DNA from: Acidimicrobiia bacterium
GTDB lineage: Bacteria > Actinomycetota > Acidimicrobiia > Spongiisociales > Spongiisociaceae
NCBI GenBank assembly: GCA_041576165.1
Contig: JBFGLM010000019.1
Coordinates: 18,715 to 82,714, forward strand
Direction of reading: 5' to 3'
Length of the DNA: 64,000 nucleotides
Positions 29,084 through 39,052 of this stretch are shown here, in pieces; position 1 is the first letter of the stretch; each line of letters begins with the position of its first letter. The position numbers and the translations under genes were made by a program. Under the pieces are notes generated by a model that searched no databases, was not told the origin of the DNA, and saw only the letters and a list, made by a program, of their open reading frames with translations.

Positions 29084-29861
29084 TCAGACGAGGTTTTCGA
29101 TCTCCTTGGTCTTCTCACAGGCAGTGGCCGTATCGGAGCCTGCGCCACCGGCGCACCGATCCACACCGTCGGCCGGCACCGGCGGTGGAGCCGGCGCGCC
29201 CGGCGGTGGAGGCGGAATGTCTCCGGCCAGGAAGTCATCGCCGCCGCCGCCGATGAGCACGTCGGAATCGGGACCACCTGCGACGAAGTCGTCGCCGGGA
29301 CCACCGCGAAGGTGGTCGTACCCGATGCCACCGATGATGGCGTCGTTGCCACTGCCGCCCAGACCGGTGTCGTTGCCCACTCCCAGCGCGATGAAATCGT
29401 CGCCGGCGTCGCCGCGGATCTTGTCATAGCCGGGACCGCCCAACATCTGGTCGTCGCCGTCACCGCCCCGGATGTTGTCATTTCCTCCCGGTGCATCGAC
29501 GTTGCCGAAGAAGCTGATGTCATCGCCGGTGATATGTCGTTGCCGGCCCCGCCCTCGATGTAATCGTCGCCTTGACAGCCGGCGATCCAGTCATCGCCGC
29601 CGAGGCCCTTGATGGTGTCGTTCCCGTCGAACCCGGCGATGGCGTCGACGCCGTCGGTCCCGACCAGATAGTCGTCGCCGTCGGTGCCGAAGATCGGGTT
29701 GGCCACGATGCCCTCCACCGTTTCCAGCCACTCGACGAATCCTTCCGGGTCGAAACAGGGGTCAGGCTCCTCTTGGGCTGATGCCATCGCGAGTGTCAGA
29801 GCCGAGATCACAAGCGGCATGATGATGAGAGAGAGACAACGGTTCGCCTCGACCGTGTCAT
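29084..29861 (-). pseudogene. Secreted hemolysin-type Ca-binding (GGxGxD) repeat protein with two frameshifts
   Basis: GGxGxD repeats continue across a frame change near 29535; the RBS-preceded ATG (29861) is out of frame across a (TC)5 tract at 29827-29836. Confidence 0.75.
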
Positions 29862-30099
29862 ATCCTCCCCCTTCCGGTAGGCGTTTCCGGCCGTTATGGC
29901 CGCTCCCCTCAGCGAGGTAGTTCCACCCCGCACAAGCGCTGGGCCAAGCGCCCCCCAAACCTACTCCTCGAATTGGCCGGTTTTCGCTGATACCGTCCCC
30001 CGGCGCCGACCGGTTCGTGACTGTTGTGGCCCGATCGAAACCAGCCAAGACTCGGGAGTGGCGCACGACGATCTTCGTCGGCAATCTGAGGGACGCAAT

Positions 30100-30483
30100 G
30101 TGAAGCACTTCACGGTTTCGGTCGTGATTGACGCTCCGGCGGAAAGGGTCTGGACGCTCCTCGCCGAGTTCGCTCGCTGGCCGCAATGGGGCCCATCGAT
30201 TCGAGCGGTTGAGACTGCTACCGAACGCGTCGCACCGGGGGCTGTCGGACGGGTGAAGACGGCGGCTGGCTTCTGGTTGCCATTTGAGATCACCGCCGTG
30301 GAGCCCGGCCGGGCGTGGGACTGGAAGGTTGCCAAGATTCCCGCAACCGGCCATGCCGTGATCCCACTCGGACCGACCAGAAGCCGCGCGACCTTCTCGG
30401 CGCCCTGGCTGGTGGCTCCCTACATGCTCGTGCTGCGGGTTGGCTTGGGTCGGGTGCGGCGACTGGCAGAAGAAGCGCCCTGA
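30100..30483 (+). CDS. SRPBCC/polyketide cyclase family protein
   Basis: VVIDAPAERVWTLL...WPQWGPSI. Confidence 0.8.
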   Translation: MKHFTVSVVIDAPAERVWTLLAEFARWPQWGPSIRAVETATERVAPGAVGRVKTAAGFWLPFEITAVEPGRAWDWKVAKIPATGHAVIPLGPTRSRATFSAPWLVAPYMLVLRVGLGRVRRLAEEAP

Positions 30484-30525
30484 GGGGCGCGGGGTCGATG
30501 GGACGGACGCGCGATCGGGGATCGT

Positions 30526-30960
30526 TCAGCTCATCGCCTGTCTGACCATGGTCAGCGCTACGCCACCCCGCGCTGACCAGAGCGCCGTGCGCACCCAGTT
30601 GGACTGGACCAGGAGACGCTGCAGTTCCACGTCATAGGCGTGTGACAGGCGGCGATGAATGGGTGCCTGCCATGCGGCGGTCGACACCCACAGGGCGACG
30701 ACGAGAAGCAGCCCACCGATCGCGAGCGGAGCGCCGACGGATTCCGGTCGATCGGCGACCTACCAAATGGCGGTGATCGCCTCGACGGGCATGAATACGC
30801 CTACCACCCAGGAGGTGCGCCGTGTGTGGAGGGCTTCGTATCCGACGAAATCAGCCTTTCCGACGGCGCTGAACAATGGGTAATGCACGATCTGCACAAA
30901 CCAAATCAGGCCGACCATGGCCCAGGTGGCGGCGACGTGGAGAACGAGCACCAGACTCAT
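30526..30960 (-). pseudogene. Small membrane protein interrupted by an in-frame TAG
   Basis: LIWFVQIVHYPLF...AIW-TAG(30760-62)-VADRP...WVSTAAWQAPIH...SNWVRTALW stays protein-like after the stop. Confidence 0.65.
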
Positions 30961-30961
30961 C

Positions 30962-31699
30962 TCAGCGGCGCGGCCTGACGGAGGCGAGTCCGCCATCGAC
31001 GGCGAGCACCTGGCCGGTGATCCAGTCATTGGCGGGGTCGAGAAGAAATGCGATCGCGGCTGCTATCTCTTTTGGATCTCCCAGTCTCCCAAGGGCATGC
31101 ATGGCGATGGACGCATCTTCCGCACTCTCGCTGGCAGTGAGCCGCTGGGTGAGCGGAGTCCGCACGAGACCAGGTGCGACCGCATTGACCCGTATTTGGT
31201 CAGAGGCGTAACTGGCGGCGGCGGCCCGCGTCAGACCTTCGATCCCGGCCTTGGCCGCCGCGATGGCCTCGTGATTTGCCAAGCCAACCCGGGCGGCCGC
31301 GGACGATACGAGAACGATCGATCCCCCGGTCGACCGCATCGCCTTGGTTGCGGCGCGCACCGCCGCAAACGCCGACCGCAGGTTGACGGCGATTGTCTCG
31401 TCCCACTCCTCGTCGGTCGTGATGTGGGCCGGCTTGAGTAACAGTGACCCCACGCAGTTGGCGACGCCGTCGATGCGCCCGAAATCGGAGACGGTCATCT
31501 GTACGGCCTGGGCCACTTGGCCCGTATCGGTGGCATCCAGCTGCATCGCGATGCCGCCGGTCTCTCCGGCCAGTCTTTCGAGGGACTCGGCTGTGCGTCC
31601 GGCCAGCACCAATCGCGCGCCACGATCGGCGAGCACGCGGGCGGTTGCCGCCCCGACCCCGCCGGCGGCACCCAACAAGAGGTAGGCACGCTGGTTCAT
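30962..31699 (-). CDS. SDR oxidoreductase (atypical active site)
   Basis: GAAGGVG, NCVGS, NHEAIAAAK, RVNAVAPG, WITGQVLAVDGG. Confidence 0.88.
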   Translation of the reverse strand: MNQRAYLLLGAAGGVGAATARVLADRGARLVLAGRTAESLERLAGETGGIAMQLDATDTGQVAQAVQMTVSDFGRIDGVANCVGSLLLKPAHITTDEEWDETIAVNLRSAFAAVRAATKAMRSTGGSIVLVSSAAARVGLANHEAIAAAKAGIEGLTRAAAASYASDQIRVNAVAPGLVRTPLTQRLTASESAEDASIAMHALGRLGDPKEIAAAIAFLLDPANDWITGQVLAVDGGLASVRPRR

Positions 31700-31837
31700 C
31701 TCCACGTATACGGCGTCGAGGGCGATCTCGGTTGAAGATCCGTGCTGCCGGCGATGCAAACCCGCGCCGAGCAACTCCCGGCCGAGCACAGGCCACCAGG
31801 ACGCGCCGGGGATCGGTGAGTGCGGGTTCGGCCGCGC

Positions 31838-32587
31838 TCAGGAGTGCTTGTCGATGAACGTCAGGGCCCGCTCCCACGCGTCCGTGGACTCGGCTTGGAA
31901 CTCGTCGTATTTGCGATCGAAGAACGAGTGCGGCGCGCCCGGATAGGTGATGACCTCGTTGGCGATCCCGGCGGCGTCGAGCGCGGCCGCGAACTCGTCT
32001 ACTGCTTCCTGGGGGATTCCGGGGTCGTCACCGCCCATCAGAGCCATGATCGGGCATGTCATTTCGCCGACCCGGTCGATCACCGATATGTCATCGTCGT
32101 CTCGTCGAGGTCGACCATAGAAGCCAATCGCACCAGCCAGGTTGAAGCCGTTCGCCGCTTGGTGCCACGAGTTCGATCCGCCGAAGCAGAAACCCACGGT
32201 GAAGAGGGGACGGTCGGGTTCATTGGCCCGCAGCCGCTCGACAGCAGCTGCAACGTCCGCCCGGATCCCATCGAGCGTTGTCGCTTGCACATGTGGCCAG
32301 AAGTCCCAATCGTTCGGTCGGACTCCAATACCTGCGGTGCGGCCGAAGTAGTCGATGGCGATAGCGTCGTGGCCGGCGTGGGCGAATCGCACGGCCAGGT
32401 CCTTGTAGAACTGGAACAAACCGCGCACGTCCGGCAACACGACCACCGCCGCAGATTTCGGTTGGTCGCCCGCAGCTTCGAAAACGGCGAACTCGTTGCC
32501 ATCCCCCGCGCGCAAGGTCAGATCAGAAACCATGACGCGGCCACCGCCGTCTGGAATCGGTGGTTGCGAATCAGCGTCAAAACACAT
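31838..32587 (-). CDS. Dienelactone hydrolase family protein
   Basis: GFCFGG nucleophile elbow, YPGAPHSF. Confidence 0.9.
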   Translation of the reverse strand: MCFDADSQPPIPDGGGRVMVSDLTLRAGDGNEFAVFEAAGDQPKSAAVVVLPDVRGLFQFYKDLAVRFAHAGHDAIAIDYFGRTAGIGVRPNDWDFWPHVQATTLDGIRADVAAAVERLRANEPDRPLFTVGFCFGGSNSWHQAANGFNLAGAIGFYGRPRRDDDDISVIDRVGEMTCPIMALMGGDDPGIPQEAVDEFAAALDAAGIANEVITYPGAPHSFFDRKYDEFQAESTDAWERALTFIDKHS

Positions 32588-32660
32588 CGCCCGGCCTCCA
32601 TTCCGTACTGCGCGAGCGAACCTTACTGCCGGTGGGCGCCCGCCGGCCGAGGACTTCGTC

Positions 32661-33383
32661 TCAGGCCGCGAGGCTGGCGAGCAAACGAATTGTGTATCCG
32701 GCCATCACCGTCCAGAACAACGCCGTGTAGCCGCTCTCGCCGATCGCGTGGTTGAGACTCCGTCCCCGGAGCGTTGCGAAGATCATCAATGGAGCTGCCG
32801 TGGCCGCCAACATGATCGCTGAGCTTCCGATGAGGTCCGCCTCGGCGAACACGGCGGCTTTGGTGGCGTCGCCCACCAGCGACGCGAGCGAGGCGGCGCC
32901 CACGAAGTGGCTCCGGTCCAGGTTGAGTTGGCGGATCGCCATGCCTTTCAGTGGTCCTGAGGTCCCCGAGAACCCGGATGTCGCTCCCGAGCCGAACGCC
33001 AGGATGGGGCCGCCGGCCAGTCGCACCCGCGAGAGGTTCAGTCGTTCGGCGATGAGGGCAAGAGCGAAGCTTGTGATCACCGCCACAGTGACGACGGCCT
33101 CCGGAGATGAGACCAGCATGCGGGCCCCCAGCGCGGCTCCGGCGGCGAGCAAAGCAACCACCACGACCGCCTTGCGGAACGGCAGGGTCTTGCGATAGGC
33201 GAACACCTTCACGACGTTGTTGCCGGCGAGCAGCAACGCGGCCATTGCCACACCCTCTTTGGTGCCCATCACCAGCGCCAGCGCTGGGACCAGGATCAAC
33301 GAGCCGCCGAGCCCGGCGGAGGCCGACACCCCAAAGGCCAGTGTCACCGCCACCAACGTCACGAACACGAGCAGAGGATCCAT
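32661..33383 (-). CDS. TauE/SafE (TSUP) family membrane protein
   Basis: SASAGLGGSLILVP, SGFSGTSGP. Confidence 0.75.
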   Translation of the reverse strand: MDPLLVFVTLVAVTLAFGVSASAGLGGSLILVPALALVMGTKEGVAMAALLLAGNNVVKVFAYRKTLPFRKAVVVVALLAAGAALGARMLVSSPEAVVTVAVITSFALALIAERLNLSRVRLAGGPILAFGSGATSGFSGTSGPLKGMAIRQLNLDRSHFVGAASLASLVGDATKAAVFAEADLIGSSAIMLAATAAPLMIFATLRGRSLNHAIGESGYTALFWTVMAGYTIRLLASLAA

Positions 33384-33468
33384 GACTTAACTGGCTCGAG
33401 GCCGCCGTCTGATGGTCGATCCGCCCGGCACCCGCACCCCCGGTTTGGGCCCACCCCCGGACATGCCG

Positions 33469-36400
33469 CTACTCGACCGGCGGGAGGTCCAGCCCTTTGA
33501 CGAGCTTGTTGAATTCAACGAGATCCGTATCGAGGGTCGCGTGTAGGAGACGCAGCTGGTCATCGATCTGTTCAGAGTAGGCCTCGGCGACCTGGATTGA
33601 CTGAGTGGTGGGCTTGGCGTCGGCGCTGGCCACGACACTGATGACGGAGGCCAGCTTCTCATTGAGTCGCGACCGTTCGTTGAGGCCAAAGGTGTCTGTG
33701 TGTATCCCGGGCACCATCAGCTCGTCCTCGATCTCATCCAGCTTGGCCGCGAGGGCCTCGGCTGCGGCGGCGGCGGCAGAATCCGGAGCCAGCCTTCTGG
33801 CCCATGTCGCAATCTGTTCCTTGACTGACCGCAACCTCGTCACGGCGTTGTGCACCTCGGAGATCTTGTCCCGGATCTCGAGAAGCACGTCGAGTTGCTG
33901 TTGGAGCTCCGCAGGCGAAGCGGTCGAGCGGGAGTCGTTGACCACGTCGAATTCCTGGAGGTGGGTTCGTTCGACACCGTCGTGCACCACCTTGAGCTGC
34001 ACCTGGTAGGTGCCCGGCACCACGAGCGGTCCCTGATTGGCCTCCGCTGCCAGTTTGTTGCCGAGTACCCGGGCGGCGCCCTCGTAGCGCAGATCCCACA
34101 GGAAGCGATTGACTCCCGCATTCACCGGGATCCATGGTCCCGGCTCGAGGCCCTTCTCGTCGTCGGAGCGGTCGTCGTAGTCCGCCGGCCTGGGATGAAA
34201 CTCCCGGACCAGGTCTCCATCCGCATCGAGGAATGCCAGCGAGACGTCGGCCGCACCGCCCTCATCCGCGATCTCATGGCTCAAGACATAGGTGACGGTC
34301 ACGCCGATCGGCGCACCCTGACCGGCGTCGAGAATCGTGCGCACGATGTGACCGGTCTCGTTTTTGGATGCGACGAAGGTCGCGGTCTTGCCGAGCGACA
34401 CCCAATAGTCCTTGCCCTCGTTGCCGATCCACCCGGCGAACAGATCGGGCAGAACCCGCCATGTCCGGCGGGGCTGGAACAGTCGGGCGCCGTCTATGTC
34501 TGTATCCGTCAGTTGATGGAGCGGAGTCAGATCGTCCAGCACCCAGAACGAACGTCCGTGAGTGCCGACGACGAGATCGTTGTCCTTGACGGCGAGGTCG
34601 TATACCGGCGTTACCGGCAGGTTGGACCGCCACCGGTGCCAGCTTGCGCCGTCGTCGGCCGAGACATACAGGCCGGTCTCGGTACCGAGATACAGCAGAC
34701 CGGGCCGCGCCGGATCGGCCCGAATCACCCGCACGAAGTCGTCGTCAGGGAGCGCCCCGTCGTCGTCGCCGGTGATAGATACCCAGCTCTGTCCGTAATC
34801 GCTGCTCTTGAACAGGTAGGGCGTTGTGTCATCGAGCTTGTAACGAGTCGCCGCTACGTACACGGTGGCCGGGTCGTGGGGTGATGGCTCCACCGTACGG
34901 ATGAAACTCCACTCGGGAAGCTCGGGAGGCGTCACGTTGTGCCAGCTGGCACCTCCGTCGCCCGAGAAGTGGACGAGGCCGTCGTCCGTTCCCACCCAGA
35001 AGACACCCGGCTCGTGGCTCGACTCGCGCAGTGTGGAGATCGTGCAGTAGTGCTCGGCGCCGCTCGTGTCCTTGGTGATGGGTCCACCCGACGCCGCCAG
35101 CTTCGTCTCGTCACTGCGGGACAGGTCGGGACTGATCGGCTCCCAGCTGTGGCCCTCGTCGGTGCTGCGGAATACGACGTTGCCGCCCGTGTACAAGATG
35201 TTCGGGTCGTGGGGCGAGAAGAGGATGGGGAACGTCCAGGCAAATCGGTAGGTGAGGTCCTTGGGCCCGATCCCACCGTGCAGCTCAGGGCACACGTTGA
35301 CCAGTTGGATCTGGCCGCTGCGGTGGTCGTATCGCTGGAGCGAGCCGCCACCGCCGGGTGAACTGCCTACCGCGCCGACGAACACAATGTTCGGGTCGTC
35401 GGGGTGCACCGCCATGAATCCGCTCTCTCCAGTGCCGGCCGCATAACAATCCGCCCAGACGATGGCCCCATCGTGGGTGTTGCTCGGTACGGCGATGCTG
35501 GAGTTGTCCTGCTGGGTGCCGTACACGTAGTAGAAGGGTGTGCGGTTGTCTGTGGTCACTGTGTAGAACTGGGCCGTCAGCTGGTTGTAGACCGTGCTCC
35601 ACGACTCCCCGCCGTTGAATGAGATGTTGGCCCCGCCATCGTTGCTCTGGATCATGCGCTGGTTGTCGCGGGGGTCAATCCACAGGTCGTGATTGTCGCC
35701 GTGCGGCGTGCCGATCTGCGTGAACGTCTTACCGGCGTCGGTCGACTTCCACATGTTGAGGTTGTTGACGTAGACCGTGTCAGGGTCCTGTGTGTCGGCA
35801 AAGACGTGCATGTAATACCAGGGCCGGTAGCGCAGCTTCTGGTCTTTGGTCAGCAACTGCCACGTCTCGCCGAAGTCATCGGACCGGTAGAGGCCCCCGG
35901 CGTCGGACGACTCGATGAGCGCCCACACCCGCCCTGCTTTGATCGGTGAGGCCGCAACCCCGACCTTGCCGATGATCCCCGATTGCGGCAAGCCCGGGTG
36001 GCGGGTGATGTCGGTCCAGGTGTCCCCGCCATCGGTCGATTTCCAGATGCCGCTGTCGGGACCGCCACTGCTGAGCTCCCAGAAATTGCGATAGGTCTGC
36101 CACGTGGTGGCGTAGAGCACCTCGGGACTGCGGGGGTCAAATGTGAGGTCCACCGCACCTGCTCGATCGCTGACGTAGAGCACCTTGTCCCAGCTCTCGC
36201 CTCCGTCGATGCTGCGGAACACGCCGCGCTCCTGGTTGGGACCGAACGCGTGGCCCAACGCGGCCACATAGACGTGGTCAGGATTCTTGGGGTGGATCCG
36301 GATCTCGCCGATGTGCCGCGTGTCGCTGAGGCCGCGATGGGTCCATGTCTGACCTCCATCGCCCGACCGGTACACGCCATCTCCATGCGACACGTCGAGG

Positions 36401-36696
36401 CGGATGGTGCTTTCGCCCATCCCGGCGTAGATGACACTGGGATCAGATTCGGAAACCGCCAACGAGCCGACAGACGAGGTCGCCAGGAATCCGTCGCTCA
36501 CGTTGCGCCAGGTAGTGCCCGCATCCTCGGTCTTCCAGATGCCGCCCGCCACCGCTCCGAAGTAGAAAACAGCCCGACTTCGGGGGTCGCCTGCTACCGC
36601 CACTGATCGACCACCCCGGGGCGGGCCGATGCAGCGGAACGTCATGCTCGCGAGCAGGCTTTGAGCGGTCGGGGTGGCGAGCAGCGGCGTGGTCAA
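33469..36696 (-). CDS. VPS10/BNR-repeat beta-propeller glycosyl hydrolase-like protein
   Basis: RCIGPPRGGRS start; many SxDxGxTW Asp-box repeats; HGDNHDLWIDP; C-terminal coiled coil. Confidence 0.85.
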   Translation of the reverse strand: MTTPLLATPTAQSLLASMTFRCIGPPRGGRSVAVAGDPRSRAVFYFGAVAGGIWKTEDAGTTWRNVSDGFLATSSVGSLAVSESDPSVIYAGMGESTIRLDVSHGDGVYRSGDGGQTWTHRGLSDTRHIGEIRIHPKNPDHVYVAALGHAFGPNQERGVFRSIDGGESWDKVLYVSDRAGAVDLTFDPRSPEVLYATTWQTYRNFWELSSGGPDSGIWKSTDGGDTWTDITRHPGLPQSGIIGKVGVAASPIKAGRVWALIESSDAGGLYRSDDFGETWQLLTKDQKLRYRPWYYMHVFADTQDPDTVYVNNLNMWKSTDAGKTFTQIGTPHGDNHDLWIDPRDNQRMIQSNDGGANISFNGGESWSTVYNQLTAQFYTVTTDNRTPFYYVYGTQQDNSSIAVPSNTHDGAIVWADCYAAGTGESGFMAVHPDDPNIVFVGAVGSSPGGGGSLQRYDHRSGQIQLVNVCPELHGGIGPKDLTYRFAWTFPILFSPHDPNILYTGGNVVFRSTDEGHSWEPISPDLSRSDETKLAASGGPITKDTSGAEHYCTISTLRESSHEPGVFWVGTDDGLVHFSGDGGASWHNVTPPELPEWSFIRTVEPSPHDPATVYVAATRYKLDDTTPYLFKSSDYGQSWVSITGDDDGALPDDDFVRVIRADPARPGLLYLGTETGLYVSADDGASWHRWRSNLPVTPVYDLAVKDNDLVVGTHGRSFWVLDDLTPLHQLTDTDIDGARLFQPRRTWRVLPDLFAGWIGNEGKDYWVSLGKTATFVASKNETGHIVRTILDAGQGAPIGVTVTYVLSHEIADEGGAADVSLAFLDADGDLVREFHPRPADYDDRSDDEKGLEPGPWIPVNAGVNRFLWDLRYEGAARVLGNKLAAEANQGPLVVPGTYQVQLKVVHDGVERTHLQEFDVVNDSRSTASPAELQQQLDVLLEIRDKISEVHNAVTRLRSVKEQIATWARRLAPDSAAAAAAEALAAKLDEIEDELMVPGIHTDTFGLNERSRLNEKLASVISVVASADAKPTTQSIQVAEAYSEQIDDQLRLLHATLDTDLVEFNKLVKGLDLPPVE

Positions 36697-36847
36697 GAAG
36701 ACACGTTCCTTTCGTGTGGGTGCGAGAGCGGTGCCGAGACTAGTGAGAGCGCCGCTCCGGCACCGGCGCGCCTGTGGGTCCGGCTCACATTCCTTCCGGG
36801 ACTGGCCCGCCGCAGACGGTTGGCCCGGGGCCTACGCTGGCCCGGTT

Positions 36848-38074
36848 ATGGATTCCCGGAGATCGGCCGACGGCCTCGGCAACAACCAGTTCATTGCGCT
36901 GATGGCATTCGTCATGGCCATGGGCGCCCTGGGGATCGACCTGATGTTGCCGGTCTTCGACGAGATCCGGGCCCACTTTGGCCTGGCGGAGGGGGCGACT
37001 GACATCGCCCAAATCGTGACGGTCTACTTCCTGGGAATGGCGTCGGGCCAGGTGCTGTACGGACCATTTGCCGACCGTTTCGGGCGGCGACCAGTTCTCT
37101 ACGTCGGCCTGGCCGTCTACATGGCCGCCGCCATCGGCTCGACCCTGGCACCTACCTTGACGCTCATGCTCGTCGGGCGGTTCGTGTGGGGGATCGGCGC
37201 AGCCGGGCCCCGGGTCGTCGGCCTCGCCATCGTCCGCGACGTCTACGAAGGTGATTCGATGGCGCGGGCCATGTCATTCATCATGGCCGTGTTCGTCACC
37301 GTACCGATCCTCGCCCCGAGCCTGGGAGCGGCCATCGCGGCCTTCGGTCCGTGGCAACTCGTATTCTGGTTCTGTGTTCTGTACGCCGTCGCGGTCGGCC
37401 TGTGGTCGCTGCGGCTCTCGGAAACGCTCGACGACGCCAATCGTCGACCTCTCCGGCTGCGCCCGGTTCTCGAGGCAGGTCGAGAAGTCCTGGCCACCCG
37501 TCAGGCGCTCGGATACACCCTGGCGATGGCGTTTCTATTCGGAGGGTTCGCCTCCTATCTGGCGAGCTCCGAGTTGATCGTGGGGGAGATCTACGGCCGC
37601 CCGGGTCTGTTTCCGTTCATATTCGGCGGCGCTTCCGCGGTCATGGGTTCCGCCCTGCTGTTCAACGCCAGGTTCGTGGGCCGGATCGGAGCTGTGACGA
37701 TCGTGCGGGGCGCCGTGCGCGCGTACACGGCCCTCGCGGCGGCGCTGCTGGTGTTCACGCTGCTGGTCGGTGGCAAGCCGCCGTTCTGGATCGCCATAAC
37801 GTGGATGACGGCCGTGCTGGTCATGCACGCGGCGATGATTCCCAACCTCAACACACTCGCACTCGAACCGCTGGGCCACATCGCCGGCACCGCGTCCGCG
37901 GTGATTGGCACGATCTCGATGGCCGGCGGGGCCGTCCTCGGAACCCTGATCGACCGCAACCTATCGACCACCATCACCCCGATGGTGGTCGGGTTCGTGG
38001 TCTACGGCCTCATCGCCGGTACCTGGGTGGCCTGGGCCCAGCGGGCCCGGCGCATCGTCTCGACCGTCCCGTAG
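36848..38074 (+). CDS. Bcr/CflA-family multidrug MFS transporter
   Basis: ALGIDLMLP, GPFADRFGRRPV, AIVRDVYEG, AGTASA. Confidence 0.9.
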   Translation: MDSRRSADGLGNNQFIALMAFVMAMGALGIDLMLPVFDEIRAHFGLAEGATDIAQIVTVYFLGMASGQVLYGPFADRFGRRPVLYVGLAVYMAAAIGSTLAPTLTLMLVGRFVWGIGAAGPRVVGLAIVRDVYEGDSMARAMSFIMAVFVTVPILAPSLGAAIAAFGPWQLVFWFCVLYAVAVGLWSLRLSETLDDANRRPLRLRPVLEAGREVLATRQALGYTLAMAFLFGGFASYLASSELIVGEIYGRPGLFPFIFGGASAVMGSALLFNARFVGRIGAVTIVRGAVRAYTALAAALLVFTLLVGGKPPFWIAITWMTAVLVMHAAMIPNLNTLALEPLGHIAGTASAVIGTISMAGGAVLGTLIDRNLSTTITPMVVGFVVYGLIAGTWVAWAQRARRIVSTVP

Positions 38075-38086
38075 CCCTGGTTCGGC

Positions 38087-39052
38087 TCAGCTGAGTGCGA
38101 TGGGCAGGTTGTGTGCTATCTCCTCGATCGCCTGTGCTTCGGCACTTCCATTGGTCTCCTTGTCCATCAAGTGGACGAGCAGTTGGACGGCGGCGAAGAC
38201 ACGAGCCGCGGCCAGACCTTGACGAAATGTGCCGCCATTCGGTAACCCCGCGTTTCCCCGATAGGCGTCCTCACAGTCGGCAACCAGGTCCCGATCCCAG
38301 CTGCCCTGCGTGAGCACGGCGAGGTCGAGCACGCCGGGGCCCCAGCCGGCGCTCTCCCAGTCGAGCACGACGGGCCCGGTCTCGGTGAGGATGACGTTTT
38401 GGGGATACAGCTCACCATGGATGACGGTCTGGGGGGATCGGCGCATGAGATCGAACACCGTTTCCATCGAATCCTCGAATCGTCTCACGGCGGGCCGTGG
38501 CGGGCCGGACCGAAGCAACATGTCCACCTGAGTAGCCCAGCGTTTGAAGTACGTCGCATCGAATGCGTTGAGCTGTGGGACCCTCGGTCCACGCATCCCG
38601 GCGGCGTGAAAGCTCCCCAGGTCGCGACATATATCGAGGAGCCCGCGGGGATAGGGCGAATGGTGTGAGCGGTATCCCTCGACGAAGTCGAGCACGAGAC
38701 AGGATGCTCCTTTTGACACCTCGAACGCTCCATAGCACCTGGGCGTCGCCAGATCGGGGTGGGGCAGCACGATCCGGTAGATGACCGCTTCGTACTCAAC
38801 GCCCCGGCGATGGCCGCTCACCTGATCTGAATACCCCGACCCGTACTTGCACCACAGTTCCCGGGGACCTGAGCTTGTGTCGACCGATACCCGTTCGCAC
38901 GGATAAGTCGACCGGTAGATGCTTGCCGCCCTCGATCGCATCGTCAGTTCTGAACCCAGCAACATTGTCAGCTCGAACTCGAGCTGAAGGTCGGACGGCG
39001 ACGCAACGTGTGACGCAGACGACCCGCGGTCCCGCTTGTCCGTTTCAGCCAT
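38087..39052 (-). CDS. APH/choline-kinase-like phosphotransferase
   Basis: IHGELYPQN, VLDWESAG, DLA. Confidence 0.75.
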   Translation of the reverse strand: MAETDKRDRGSSASHVASPSDLQLEFELTMLLGSELTMRSRAASIYRSTYPCERVSVDTSSGPRELWCKYGSGYSDQVSGHRRGVEYEAVIYRIVLPHPDLATPRCYGAFEVSKGASCLVLDFVEGYRSHHSPYPRGLLDICRDLGSFHAAGMRGPRVPQLNAFDATYFKRWATQVDMLLRSGPPRPAVRRFEDSMETVFDLMRRSPQTVIHGELYPQNVILTETGPVVLDWESAGWGPGVLDLAVLTQGSWDRDLVADCEDAYRGNAGLPNGGTFRQGLAAARVFAAVQLLVHLMDKETNGSAEAQAIEEIAHNLPIALS

